Assembly (NCBI RefSeq): GCF_036365525.1
Contig: NC_090404.1
Location: 26,992,149-27,056,148, forward strand
Direction of reading: 5' to 3'
DNA from: Heterodontus francisci
Lineage: Eukaryota
Length of the DNA: 64,000 bases
The first letter of the stretch is position 1; every line of letters starts with the position of its first letter. Both the position numbers and the translations under genes were made by a program. This document shows, in pieces, positions 23,730 through 36,478 of this stretch. The notes under the pieces are model-generated. The model was not told the origin of the DNA. It worked only from the letters and a program-made list of their open reading frames with translations, and made no database searches.

Positions 23730-24005
23730 TGATTGTACAACTGAATCCAACCAAAGGCAGCACCTTCAGGAAGGAGAGGGAGGGGTACCAGTCAGTATAG
23801 AAAGATGCATAACCAGAGTCAGCACCTTCAGGGCAGGACAGCGAGGGGAATTCGTGAGTGTAGAATTGAACCCAGCCAAAGTCAGTAAGTTCAGTGGAGG
23901 AGTAAGGGGAACAGTGAGTGTAGAATGGAATCCAGCCAGAGTCAGCACATTCAGAACAGGACAGGGAGGGAACCAGTGAATGTAGAACCAAACCCAGCCA
24001 CAGTG
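23730..24005. repeat. ~60-bp minisatellite (cagtgagtgtagaatggaatccagccagagtcagcaccttcagg...)
   Basis: Four to five units visible, upstream of the zinc-finger remnant. Confidence 0.75.
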
Positions 24006-24399
24006 TTTAAGAACAGTAAACAATTTGGTTGGGTAGGTAGGGAAACAAGTCTTCTGATTGGGACGTTCAGGACAAAGGGACTTAATGTACAGTTGATATT
24101 GTCAGTCAGGGGTGATTTCTGAAAGCACCGTTCATGCAAAAGGTAGCGAATATTTAAGATTTTCTCTTCAAACACCTGTTTAGGCTGGGCGTCGATTAAA
24201 AATGTGAACATTGAGAGTCATAAACCTTTGGCAAGGATATGAAGGATTGCGAAAACATTATGAAAACAGGGCGTGTAAATGGAGTTAATATGCGGATCAT
24301 TCATCATTTAATTGAATGTGGAACCTGCTCTATGGGCTAAATGGCCTTCTGTTCCTATTTTCCTTCATAACAGTACTTTCAGGGGAAGGAGAGGGAGTG

Positions 24400-24722
24400 G
24401 ATTCTTGAGTGCACTGCTGAAACGAGCAGAGAGGAAATCTGTTTGCCTATTCTATCTGTGGGAAAAGATTTCAAACATCAGTGTGACTGGAAAAGCACCA
24501 GAACACACACACACACACACACTATAGTGAGAACGTTCTAGTGCACTGACTGTGGAAAGAGCTTTAACCAGTTGCATAGCCTGTAAAAAAATCGCATCAT
24601 TCACAACAGGGAGAAACCGTACACATGCCCTACGTGTGGATGAGACTTCAACTGATCTCTAATGTGGAAAGACACAAGGACACCTTGACAATGGAGAAGC
24701 CATGGGAATGTGGGAGGGGAGG
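24400..24722 (+). pseudogene. Decayed C2H2 zinc-finger array fragment
   Basis: F*CTDCGKSFNQLHSL* and HNREKPYTCPTCG*DF. Similar to 13443-13900 in the opposite orientation. Confidence 0.75.
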
Positions 24723-24797
24723 CCATTGTGTGACATGAACAAGAACAGCAATGAATGAAACAAAACGTACAATTCATGTTGGATTGTACTTCTTTCA

Positions 24798-25705
24798 TCA
24801 TTTAAACAATTTAACAATTACACATAGTGGATATTTCACTCCATTCTTTAACTCCTCTCTGAATTTTCTCTGGGTCCCTGCATAAATAAATGGATTGACA
24901 CAGGAACTCAAAATCTGAAGCATATATCCGCTTTGGTCCAGAATAAAATTTGATTCACTGAAATTGGAACCAGAAAAATACTTAACTTTTGCGATTCGGA
25001 CATAAAGGAAATTTATAAGAATGAGCAAATATAACAGCATGAAACTGCCCGAGATGCAGAAGAGTAAAACAATGGAGTTTCTCCGCTTCTCCATCTCTGG
25101 GTCACTCTGAGTCTCTCCATTGCTGTGGGCCCGGAGTCTCCTGCGGACTTTACTGGCAACTAGAATATGCCTGACCGTCAGAGCATTGAGCAGTAAAATC
25201 AGAATGAATGGGAGACAAGAGGTTGAAATGGAGCGAATCCAGTCAAATGCAGCCCATGCAGGTGACGTATAAAATATTAATTTTATGGTGCAGAACCAGG
25301 GTATATTGTTACTTATGTACAAAGGTGCATATGTAAAATACCAGAAGGCATTTTTTAAACAGCTCAGTGCAGACACGATTCTGATAACCCACGCTGCCGT
25401 TTTCTCAGTGCAGTATTTTATTTTCAGCTTCTGGCAACAAATAGCTATAAATCGATCAAAGGTAAAAGCGACCGTTAACCAGGCAGAACTGTCCATGATC
25501 GCAAAGCTTAGGGCATTACGGAGACTGCATATGGGTGTGATGAACAGGAAACTGGCTGGGAAATAAATACCAACAATCCGATTTAATATCACAGTAGTCA
25601 AGTTGACCAATAGATCCGTCACAGCCATGGACATCAGGTAGTAATTGATACATCTCGAGAGACCACATCTTCCTCGGGACAGGATCACAATCATTGCTAA
25701 GTTAG
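24798..25705 (-). CDS. GPR139/GPR142-like orphan class A GPCR, copy 1, exon 2 (spliced CDS join 27773..27704 + 25705..24798; 325 aa)
   Basis: Pyrimidine tract plus TACAG acceptor at 25706-25707. Open frame with seven-TM hydrophobic pattern, MAVTD, FTFDRF, ECL2 Cys, LPF..ILLLN and NPFIY. Confidence 0.92.
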
Positions 25706-26319
25706 CTGTAATAGAGACAGAGAGACTAAGAGAAAGAGGGAGGTGCATGTTAGTAAGCGAGCGAGAACAGGAAAATTACTGGTCCAACTCCCAACAAAAT
25801 CATCCATTTTACATATTTTTGTTGTGAAATTTACAGCTTTAACACTGGATCCCGAGTGGAAAACCATTGTTAACCACCCGGCACTTGGCTCTGCATTTAA
25901 AATCTCATTTGGATTCAAAATATAACCGGTCAACAACATTGGAATGTAAAATAATACAATCAAACATTGTGGAGAAGAAAAAGACATCGGAAACCCATTG
26001 AAACCAACATGGAACATCAAACAGGCAAGAAAATTATAACCAGTAACATATTCTAGAAGATATTTAAGAGGGTAAGTAATACAATAAAAGTGGAAACTAA
26101 CAGGAAAAAAAACTTGCATTTAAAACGGATTATATACTGCTCAGGATCTAAAAGGCACTCATCCAAAGAATTATTATAAAATTATTCACTGTTCAAGAAT
26201 TTCTCCTGTCAATTTTTTCGAGATGATTCTCAAACAGAAAGAACTGAGTGGATAATTAATGTTTCCTCACTCTGCGGAGGGGATATAGTTGAAGATGCAG
26301 TGATAACTCCAAGCGCTTC

Positions 26320-26545
26320 TCCTGTTACTCATCTGGGAACTTGGGTGGCAATCTGCACCAGTGGAATAGGTGGATTATGAGGTCTTATTTGAGGAACGGT
26401 CCCTCCTACAATGCAGCACTTCAGCAGTACTGTGCTGCACTGTGCTGTCAGCATGATGATCAGCTTATTTCTATAGTGGGTATTGAAATTGAAACTTTTA
26501 CTTTTACTCAGATGTGAGAGATGCCAACAGTTATGCAGCCTCACA
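26320..26545 (-). mobile_element. Deu-domain SINE remnant shared by the GPCR introns (also about 44095-44310 and 61013-61228)
   Basis: Minus strand CAGTACTGCTGAAGTGCTGCATTGTAGGAGGGACCGT resembles the Deu domain. Same position in all three introns. Confidence 0.5.
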
Positions 26546-27703
26546 AATTGGAGAAAAGATTGAAAGTGGCAACAGTCTATGCCATTACCAGGGGCTTGGA
26601 GCAGAAGAAACATTCGGAGTCAGTAGTGGTCACTGTAGAACAGTCAGCAGTAGCTACTGTGGAAGAGGAGAGCCGGACTGAATCAGTGTTTGTTTGAGAC
26701 TAACAGTAGAAACGCAGAGCTCTGTGTGTTTAAGGGAAGTAAAGATTCATTCGTAAAACGGCCACTTGCTATATTGTTTATATTTCTGTTAATAACTCGA
26801 TTACCAATAATGTCCCATCAATGAATTCACTCATTAAATTGATTCAGGAATTATTTCATTGTTTAATAATTTCAATCAGTAAATCATTTGTGGAAAACAG
26901 GCAGCCGTTGTCAATGTCATTAATACATTAGAACTCGATGTACAGTGGTACCAGTGTGATATTTCACCCACAGTAACGGTGCCAATAACACAATACAGCT
27001 ACATTCACACCGTGATAACAGTGTGGTAATGCACCCACAGTAACTGTTTCAATAGCACTATAGGACTAGGTTTACACCATGATAAAAGTGTGATAATATA
27101 ACAGTGCTGGCAACACAATAGAAATTCATTGATACTGTGACAAGGATGTGATATTTCACCCACAGTAACAGTGGAAATAATCCAATAGAACTACATTTAC
27201 ACCGTGAAATGGCTCACACAAAGGGAAGAAATTATACAGTTAGAAGCACTAAATCATGCCTTTAAGTACGAGATATTATACTAGTTAATAGGAAAATGAT
27301 GCTGCTGAAGAGGAAATATAGTGTCGCCAAAATGGAAAGTGATACTGGAAAGCGGGAGTAATTACGCTGGTAATGTAAAGAAACTATACCATTAATGCTG
27401 ACAAATGACACTTCTAAAGGAGAGAAATTATAGCATTAATGACAAAAAATTATAACAATAAATTCAGAAGACATTATATCATTAAAATGGAGAAATAATA
27501 CCGGTAAAGTAGAAAAGCGATCCTGTAAAATAAGAGAAATTACAACTATTGGAGGGAGGAAATCTTCTGATTAAAGTAGAGAAATTATCCCACTAAAGGG
27601 GAGGAAGGCTATCCACAATGGGAAGAAACATTAGTCATAAATAAGAGCAGTGACAAAGCTAATCAATGAATTCTGTAACTAATAACAAAGTGCAAAACTT
27701 TAC

Positions 27704-27773
27704 CTGGAACTCCGACAATGGCAAGGAAGGGATAGTAAATGGCAAACACCAGACCTTTTGCTGATCCGTGCAT
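27704..27773 (-). CDS. GPR139-like GPCR copy 1, exon 1 (MHGSAKGLVFAIYYPFLAIVGVP, phase-1 intron)
   Basis: ATG at 27773 and donor CCAG|GTAAAG. The 70 nt join in frame to exon 2, giving the TM1 motif GVPAN. Confidence 0.9.
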
Positions 27774-27824
27774 TTCTATCCGAGGTCCTGAGCACACTGT
27801 GAACTGCATTCCAAGATTGTAATA

Positions 27825-27900
27825 TTTATGCTTGATGTAAGGCTCCCAGGAGAGAACTAGATGTTTTTTTTATCTTTTACATTAATTACACTAATTGAAA
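27825..27900 (-). promoter_or_regulatory. GPCR copy 1 proximal promoter (CATAAA, O/E-like TCCCAGGAGA, TAATTA/TAATTG homeodomain sites)
   Basis: Motifs read directly and conserved in position among paralogues. Confidence 0.5.
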
Positions 27901-28889
27901 CCAGCAAATCAGTGAAGCTGCTGCCGGGCTCGTGTTTTTGTTTTGATAGATTGGAATATTTTTCAAGGGTCCTGACACAGCTCTAAAGTGAAATAGCCAG
28001 ACTACAATATGATCCTAGCTAATATAATGTAAGTTTAATAGGTGGTTGCAATGGTGAAATTGAAAGTGGTATGCGAGGAATTCCTAGGTTTAAACCCTTT
28101 AATGTTGAATTAAGTGCCCACAGCGCAAGGCATAACTGATCAGAGTAATCCTGGTCTTGAAGGAAACTGCAGCCAAGTTCTGGCTCTTGATCACTATTCA
28201 GCTCCTGTCTGTGTGATCACTGTCGAGATCCCTCTGTGATGGTGCATCCACTTCAATGCAGTACTGTATTCATTATCGGCAGGGCTAAGTCAGCACGGTG
28301 TTTTCAGTGGGCATAGGTGCAATTGTGATCATTTATGTTATATTTTGCACTTGTTATATTTCATAAGCCTCTTTCTTTAAGCCTCGGCAGCTTTTTAATT
28401 AAAGGCCCATCTACAGCACTAGTTAGTGGATTCTCCTGGATATTGGTCCCAGCACGGTTCAAGTGAACTTCATCCCAACGGAACAGTTCCCCCTTTCTCC
28501 AGTCGTGGAGCCAGTGATACATTGACAGAAATGCCTGCCTCCCACATTGTGTTTTGAACCACGCATTCAGCTCACAGCATGGTCAGTCTTTCCAGCATCA
28601 TTGTGCTACTTGGTGCATTTAACGGGCAACAAAATAGTAGCAAGTAGATAGAGGAGCAGCTTCAAAAGAAAATTAAGAGCGAGGCTGTAGCTATAGAGTA
28701 GCGATAATGGGAAATTTTAATTACTGTGATAGTAAATGAGGCAGCGATTGTGAGGGGCAGAGAGTAAAGAAATTTCTGAAGTGTAGTGTGTTCAAATAAT
28801 TTTCTTTTTCAGTATGTTTCCTGTACAAAGGGAAGGAGGCAATGCTAGATTTAGTCCGGGAATGGCATGGCAAGAATATTAATCATAGT

Positions 28890-29300
28890 GACCAGAATTT
28901 TACACCACCCCCTCCCAATGAGCAGGCTGGTGGTGGTGGTGTGGTGGGGGGGGGGGGGGCGGATGTAGAATTGCATGGGAGGCAGAGGAAGCCATTCCCT
29001 ATGCCTTGCTGCCCACGGTGCTATTTAACACAGAGCAACGGTGGCAATAAATGGCCCGCTGACCCTCAGGCGGATCAAAACCATAATAGTGGTCAATTAA
29101 CTGGCACGTAAGGGCCTTCTATGGCCACCACTGGTACTTTGCAGTAAAATACCACTGGTAAAATATGGTGGCCTTCTTGCAGGCTCGTGGTGGGCGCTCC
29201 TGATCGGACACCCCGTGCACCACAAAGGGCCACCTCAAAGCCAAAACCGCCTCCACTGCAGAGCAGTACCCCCCAACCCCGATTGTCCCCAGCGACACAA
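28890..29300. mobile_element. Partial MITE-like GC-rich element (homologue of 52446-53126)
   Basis: Begins GACCAGAATTTT at the same unit position as 52446. Confidence 0.55.
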
Positions 29301-29404
29301 TATTGATTAAACGATAGAAAACAGGGAGGAAGGCAAAATACTGTGGCTGCTGGAATTCTGAAACTAAAAACAAGAAAATGCTGCAACTTCCCAGCAAGTC
29401 AGAC

Positions 29405-32400
29405 GTTTCATTTTGCTTTCATGTTTCTTTTTGCAGCGGCGACAGGGAGAGCGAGGTGGCAGCTGGGTAAGTGGGCAGCGGCTGAACCCGAGACACTACA
29501 CCTGTAGTGTCTCCCAACCGCCCTCATCCTCTTACCAAAAAAAAAAGGACTTGGTGGTGTGTAGATAAGGTAAGGCTTTTTCTATTTCTTTTTTTTCCCA
29601 TGTGATTGGTAAAAACTTTTCATTCCTTTTTCATTTATCTAAGTTAAGACTAAGTTAAGCTTAAGATTAAAAATGGCAGGAGATCTCAGACCCGTGTTAT
29701 GCTCCTCTTGCTCAATGTGGGAGCTCAGGGACACGGCTGATGTCCCTGACTCCTTCACGTGCTGGAAGTGTGTCCAGCTGCAGCTCTTGTTAGACCGCAT
29801 GACGGCTCTGGAGCTGTGGATGGACTCACTTTGGAGCATCCGTGATGCTGAGGAGGTCGTGGATAGCACGTTTAGCGAATTGGTCACACCGCAGATTAGG
29901 ATTGCTGAGGGAGAAAGGAAATGGGTGACCAAAAGGCAGAGAAAGAGTAGGAAGGCAGGTGTCCCCTGTGGTCATCTCCCTCCAAAACAGGTATACCGTT
30001 TTGGATACTGTTGGGGGAGATGGCTCACCAGGGGAAGGCAGCAGGAGCCAGGTTCATGGCACCATGGCTGGCTCTGCTGTTCAGAAGGGCGGGAAAAAGA
30101 GTGGAAGGGCTACAGTCATAGGGGATTCGATTGTAAGGGGAGTAGATAGGCGGTTCTGTGGTCGAAAACGAGACTCCCGAATGGTATGTTGCCTCCCAGG
30201 TGCACGGGTCAGGGATGTCTCAGATCGGCTGCAGAACATTCTGAAGGGGGAGGGTGAACAGCCAGTTGTCGTTGTGCACATAGGCACCAATGATATAGGT
30301 AAAAAACGGGATGAGGTCCTACAAGCAGAATTTAGGGAGTTAGGAGCCAAGTTAAAAAGTAGGACCTCAGAGGTAGTCAGAGTAGAAATGAAAAAATAGT
30401 CAGGATGAATGCGTGGCTTGAGAGATGGTGCAGGAGGGAGGGGTTCAGATTTTTGGGACATTGGGACCGGTTCTGGGGGAGGTGGGACTATTACAAATTG
30501 GATGGTCTACACCTGGGCCGGACTGGAACCAATGTCCTTGGGGGTGCTTTTGCTAACGCTGTTGGGGAGGGTTTAAACTTATGTGGCAGGCGGATGGGAA
30601 CCAAATGAGGAGGTCAGTGGACAGAAAGGAGGTAGTAACTAAAGCCTGTAAGGAACTAGATAATGAAGTCAGTGTGACTAAGGGGAAGAGTAGGCAGGGA
30701 GCAGATGATGAACGCAAAGGGACTGGTGGTCTGAGGTGCATTTGTTTTAATGCAAGAAGTGTAGTAGGTAAGGCAGATGAACCTAGGGCTTCGATTAGTA
30801 CCTGGGAGTATGATGTTATTGCTGTTACTGAGACTTGGTTGAGGGAAGGGCACGATTGGCAACTAAATATCCCAGGATATCGATGCTTCAGGCGGGATAG
30901 AGAGGGAGGGAAAAGGGGTGGAGGAGTTGCATTACTGGTCAAAGAGGATATCACAGCTGTGCTGAAGGAGGGCACTATGGAGGACTTGAGCAGTGAGGCA
31001 ATATGGGCAGAACTCAGAAATAGGAAGGGTGCGGTAACAATGTTGGGGCTGTACTACAGGCCTCCCAACAGCGAGCGTGAGATAGAGGTACAAATATGTA
31101 AACAGATTATGGAAAGATGTAGGAGCAACAGGGTGGTGGTGATAGGAGATTTTAATTTTCCCAACATTGACTGGGATTCACTTAGTGTTAGAGGTGTAGA
31201 TGGAGCAGAATTTGTAAGGAGCATCCAGGAGGGTTTTCTGGAGCAGTATACAAATAGTCCAACTCGGGAAGGGGCCATACTGGACCTGGTGTTGGGGAAT
31301 AAGCCCGGCCAGGTGGTTGAAGTTTCAGTAGGGGACTACTTTGGGAATAGTGATCACAATTCCGTAAGTTTTAGAATACTCATGGACAAAGATAAGAGTG
31401 GTCCTAAAGGAAGAGTGCTAAATTGGGGGAAGGCCAACTATACCAAAATTCGGCAGCAGCTGGGGAATGTAAATTGGGAGCAGCTGTTTGAAGATAAATC
31501 CACATTTGATATGTGGGAGGCTTTTAAAGAGAGTTTGATTAGCGTGCAGGAGAGACATGTTCCTGTGAAAATGAGGGATAGAAATGGCAAGATTAGGGAA
31601 CCATGGATGACAGGTGAAATTGTGAGACTAGCTAAGAGGAAAAAGGAAGCATACATAAGGTCTAGGTGGCTGAAGAAAGACGAAGCTTTGGAAGAATATC
31701 GGGAATGTAGGATCAATCTGAAACGAGGAATTAAGAAGGCTAAAAGGGGTCATGAAATATCTTTAGCAAACAGGGTTAAGGAAAATCCCAAAGCCTTTTA
31801 TTCATATATAAGGAGCAAGAGGGTAACTAGAGAAAGGATTGGCCCACTCAAGGACAAAGGAGGAAAATTATGCGTGGAGTCAGAGAAAATGGGTGAGATT
31901 CTAAACGAGTACTTTGCATCGGTATTCACCGAGGAGAGGGACATGACGGATGTTGAGGTTAGGGATAGATGTTTGATTACTCTAGGTCAAGTCGGCATAA
32001 GGAGGGAGGAAGTGTTGGGTATTCCAACAGGCATTAAGGTGGACAAGTCCCCAGGTCCGGATGGGATCTATCCCAGGTTACTGAGAGAAGCGTGAGAGGA
32101 AATATCTGGGGCCTTAACAGATATCTTTGCAGCATCCTTAAACACGGGTGAAGTCCCGGAGGACTGGAGAATTGCTAATGTTGTCCCCTTGTTTAAGAAG
32201 GGTAGCAGGGATAATCCAGGTAATTATAGACCGGTGAGCCTGACGTCAGTGGTAGGGAAGCTGCTGGGGAAGATACTGAGGGATAGCATCTATTCCCATT
32301 TGGAAGAAAATGGGCTTATCAGTGATAGGCAACATGGTTTTGTGCAGGGAAGGTCATGTCTTACCAACTTAATAGAATTCTTTGAGGAAGTGACAAAGTT

Positions 32401-33640
32401 GATTCTTTGACAAAGTTGATTGATGAGGGAAGGGCTGTAAATGTCATATACATGGACTTCAATAAGGCGTTTGATAAGGTTCCCCATGGTAGGCTGATGG
32501 AGAAAGTGAAGTCGCATGGGGTCCAGGGTGTACTAGCTAGATGGATAAAGAACTGGCTGGGCAACAGGAGACAGAGAGTAGCAGTGGAAGGGAGTTTCTC
32601 AAAATGGAGACGTGTGACCAGTGGTGTTCCACAGGGATCTGTGCTGGGACCACTGTTGTTTGTGATATACATAAATGATTTGGAGGAAAGTATAGGTGGT
32701 CTGATTAGCAAGTTTGCAGACGACACTAAGATTTTTGGAATAGCAGATAGTGAAGGGGACTGTCAGAGAATACAGCAGAATATAGATAGATTGGAGATTT
32801 GGGCAGAGAAATGGCAGATGGAGTTCAATCTGGGCAAATGCGAGGTGATGCATTTTGGAAGATCCAATTCAAGAGTGAACTATACAATAAATGGAAAAGT
32901 CCTGGGAAAAATTGATGCACAGAGAGATTTGGGTGTTCAGGTCCATTGTTCCCTGAAGGTGGCAACGCAGGTCACTAGAGTGGTCAAGAAGGCATACGGC
33001 ATGCTTTCCTTCATTGGACGGGGTATTGAGTACAAGGCTTGGCAGGTCATGTTACAGTTGTATAAGACTTTGGTTCGGCCACATTTGGAATACTGCGTGC
33101 AGTTCTGGTTGCCACATTACCAAAAGGATGTAGATGCTTTGGAGAGGGTGCAGAGGAGGTTCACCAGGATGTTGCCTGGTATGGAGGGCGCTAGCTATGA
33201 AGAGAGGTTGAGTAGATTAGGATTATTTTCATTAGAAAGACGGAGGTTGAGGGGGGACCTGATTGAGGTGTACAAAATCATGAGAGGTATAGACAGGGTG
33301 GATAGCAAGAAGCTTTTTCCCAGAGTGGGGGATTCAATTACTAGGGGTCACGAGTTCAAAGTGAGAGGGGAAAAGTTTAGGGGGGATATGCGTGGAAAGT
33401 TCTTTACGCAGAGGGTGGTGGGTGCCTGCCATGCGTTGCCAGCAGAGGTGGTAGACGCGGGCACGATCACTTCTTTTAAGATGTATCTAGACAGATACAT
33501 GAATGGGCAGGAAGCAAAGAGATACAGACCCTTAGAAAATAGGCGACAGGTTTAGATAGAGGATCTGGATCAGCGCAGGCTTGGAGGGCCGAAGGGCCTG
33601 TTCCTGTGCTGTAATTTTCTTTGTTCTTTGTTCTTTGTTC
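29405..33640 (+). mobile_element. Near full-length CR1 LINE (HER1-like): 5' UTR, ORF1 (CxxC zinc motif plus SGNH esterase), ORF2 (endonuclease plus RT); inactivated
   Basis: ORF1 from 29673 has CSSC...CWKC, GDSIVR, HIGTND and DGLH. ORF2 spans 30581-33555 with a stop at 32093 and a frameshift near 32405. (TTCTTTG)n tail. Splits a Penelope-tail fragment that is intact at about 53720-53845. Confidence 0.95.
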
Positions 33641-34517
33641 ATGTGGAGAGAGAAATCGAGTTATTGTTTCAGGTCGATAACTTAACTGGGAAATGGAAAT
33701 ACCGTAATAATAGGTTTCGAGCAAAAAAAAAGGAGAAAGTGGTGCAGAAACAACACAATGGAAGGTTTGTGAAAGGGTGAAAAACATGAGAGATTAACGG
33801 ACAAAAGCGATGATTGTGCAAGGCATAGAAAACAAAGAGTTGTTGTAAATACATGTTTATTGCACTGTAGGGAGATATGCAGAGTCGTTTCCCCAAGGGT
33901 CACTCATCTGATCCACTGCTGTTATTGATATATATTAATGACTTGTACTTGGGTATAGAGAGCATCATTTTAAACATTGTAGACGATAAAATCTCCAAAA
34001 TGCGGTCAATAGTGAGGAAGATACTACAAATCTTCACAGGCTGCTGGAATTGGTGGACACATGGCAATGAAATTCTACTCGGAGAGGTGTGAGGTGATAC
34101 ATTTAGCTAGGAGGAATAATGAGAGATAATACATGCTTAATATATTGAAAGATTGCGCAGCCACAACCCTCTGGAGAAGAGTACTCGAATGATTCACAAC
34201 CCTTTGATGAAGAAATTTATCCTCATCTCAGCCCTAAACGATCGGCCTCTTAACCTGAAACTGTGCCCCTTTTTCTAGACATGACAGCTAGAGGAAACAC
34301 GGTCTCAGCATCTACTCCATCAAGGCCCTTCACACTCTTGAATGGTTCAAAAGCACCTCTCAATCTGCTAAACTCCAGAGACTATTTGACACAATTTACT
34401 CAGCCTCTCATCATAGAAAAATAATCCCATCTCAGGAACAAATGTAGTGAACCTTCGCTGTGCTGCCTCCAATGCAAGCATAGCCTTCCTTAAATATGGA
34501 AACTAAAATTTTCCTTT

Positions 34518-36375
34518 TAATTTTATTTCTTATTCATTCATGGGATGTGGGCATCGCTAGCCAGGCCAGCATTTGTTGCCCATCACTAATTGCCCTTGAG
34601 AAGGTGATGGTGAGCTGCCTTCTTGAATCGCTGCAGTCCATGTGGGGTAGGTACACCCACAGTGCTGTTAGGAAGGGAGTTCCAGGATTTTGACCCAGCG
34701 ACAGTGAAGGAACGGCGATATAGTTCCAAGTCAGAATGATGTGTGACTTGGTGGGAAACTTGCAGGTGGTGGTGTTCCCTAGCATTTGCAACCCATGTCC
34801 TTCTAGTTGCTAGATATCGCGGGTTTGGAAGGTGCTGTCTAAGGAACCTTGATGCGTTGCTGCAGTGCATCTTGGAAATGGTACACACTGCTGCCACTGT
34901 GCATCGGTGGTGGAGGGAGTGAATGCTTGCAGAATGTTGACAGTGGGGGATTCAACGATGTTAAAGCTATTGAATGTCAAGGGGAGATGGTTAGATTCTC
35001 TCTTATTGGAGATGGTCATTGTCTGGCACTTGTGTGGCGCGAATTTTACTTGCCACTTATCAGCCCAAGCTTGCATATTGTCCAGTCTTGCTAGATTTCT
35101 ACTCGGACTGCTTCAGTATCTGAGGAGTCACGAATGGTACTGAACATTGTGCAATCATCAGCGAACATCCCCACTTCTGACCTTATGAGTGAAGGAAGGT
35201 CATTGATGAAGCAGCTATAGATGGTTGGGCGTAGGACAGTACCCTGAGGAACTCCTGGAGCTCAGATGATTGACAATCAACAACTATAACTATCGTCCTT
35301 TGTGCTAGGTATGACTCCAGCCAGCGGAGAGTTTTCCCCCTGATTCCCATTGACCTCAGTTTTGCTGGGGCTCCTTGATGCCACACTCGGTTAAATGCTG
35401 CCTTGATGTCAAGGGCAGTCACTCTCACCTCACCTCTTGGGCTCAGCTCTTTTGTCCATGTTTGAACCAAGGCTGTAATGAGGTCAGGAGCTGAGTGGCC
35501 CTGGCGGAACCCAAACTGAGCATCACTGAGCAGATTATTGCTCAAAAAAGTGCCACTTGATAGCACTGTTGATGAGAACTTCCATCATTTTACTGATGAT
35601 TGAGAGTAGGCTGATGGGGTGGTCATTGGCCGGGTTGGACTTGTCCTGGTCTTTGTGTACAGGACATACCTGGGCAATTTTTAACATTGCTGGGTAGATG
35701 CCAGTATTGTAGCTGAACAGCTTGGCTAGGGGCGCAGCAAGTTCTGGAGCACAGGTCTTCAGTACTATTGCCAGAATATTGTCAGGGCCCATAGCTTTTG
35801 CAGTATCCAGTGCCTTCAGTCATTTCTTGATATCACACGGAGTGAATCTTATTGGCTGGAGTCTGCATCTGTGATGCTGGGGACTTCAGGAGGAGGCCGC
35901 GATGGATCATCAACTCGGCACTTCTGACTGAAGATTGTTGCAAATGCTTCAGCTTTATCTTTCACACTGATGTGCTGTGCTCCCCATCATTGAGGATGGG
36001 GATATTTATGGAGCCACCTCCTCCAGTTAGTTGTTTAATTGTCCACCACCATTCACGGCTGGATGTGGCAGGACTGCGGAGCTTAGATCTGATCCGTTGG
36101 TTATGGGGTCGCTTTGCTCTGTCTATCGTGGGCTGCTTACGCAGTTTGGCACGCAGATAGTCCTGTGTTGTTGACACCTCATTTTGAGGTATGCCTGGTG
36201 CTCCTCCTGGCATGTCCTCATACACTTTTCATTGAACCATGGTTGGTCTCCTGGCTTGATGGTAATGGTAGAGTGGGGGATATGCCGGGCCATGAGGTTA
36301 CAGATTGTGGTTGAGTACAATTCTGCTGCTGCTGATGTCCCACAGCGCCTCATGGATGCCCAGTTTTGCATTGCT
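34518..36375 (-). mobile_element. 5'-truncated L2/CR1-group LINE
   Basis: GPDNILAIVLKTCAPELA and QFGFRQGHS...LDIKAAFNRVWHQG; same tail as 6292-7885. Absent at the paralogous site near 54745. Confidence 0.88.
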
Positions 36376-36478
36376 AAAATTGCACTCAGTAATTCAGGTG
36401 TGACCTCCTAAAATTGCAGCAAGTCCTTTAAAAAAATATTCATTTACTTCAATCCCCTTGAAATGAAGACTAACATGT

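Noticed and set aside
25706-25748. Single-exon start of the GPCR ORFs (also 43464-43566 and 60382-60484)
   Set aside because: The sequence is a polypyrimidine tract and acceptor, differs between copies and lacks the first half of TM1. The upstream exon explains the gene better.
29405-33640. Potentially active full-length CR1
   Set aside because: ORF1 has a frameshift and a deletion. ORF2 has a stop at 32093 and a frameshift near 32405.
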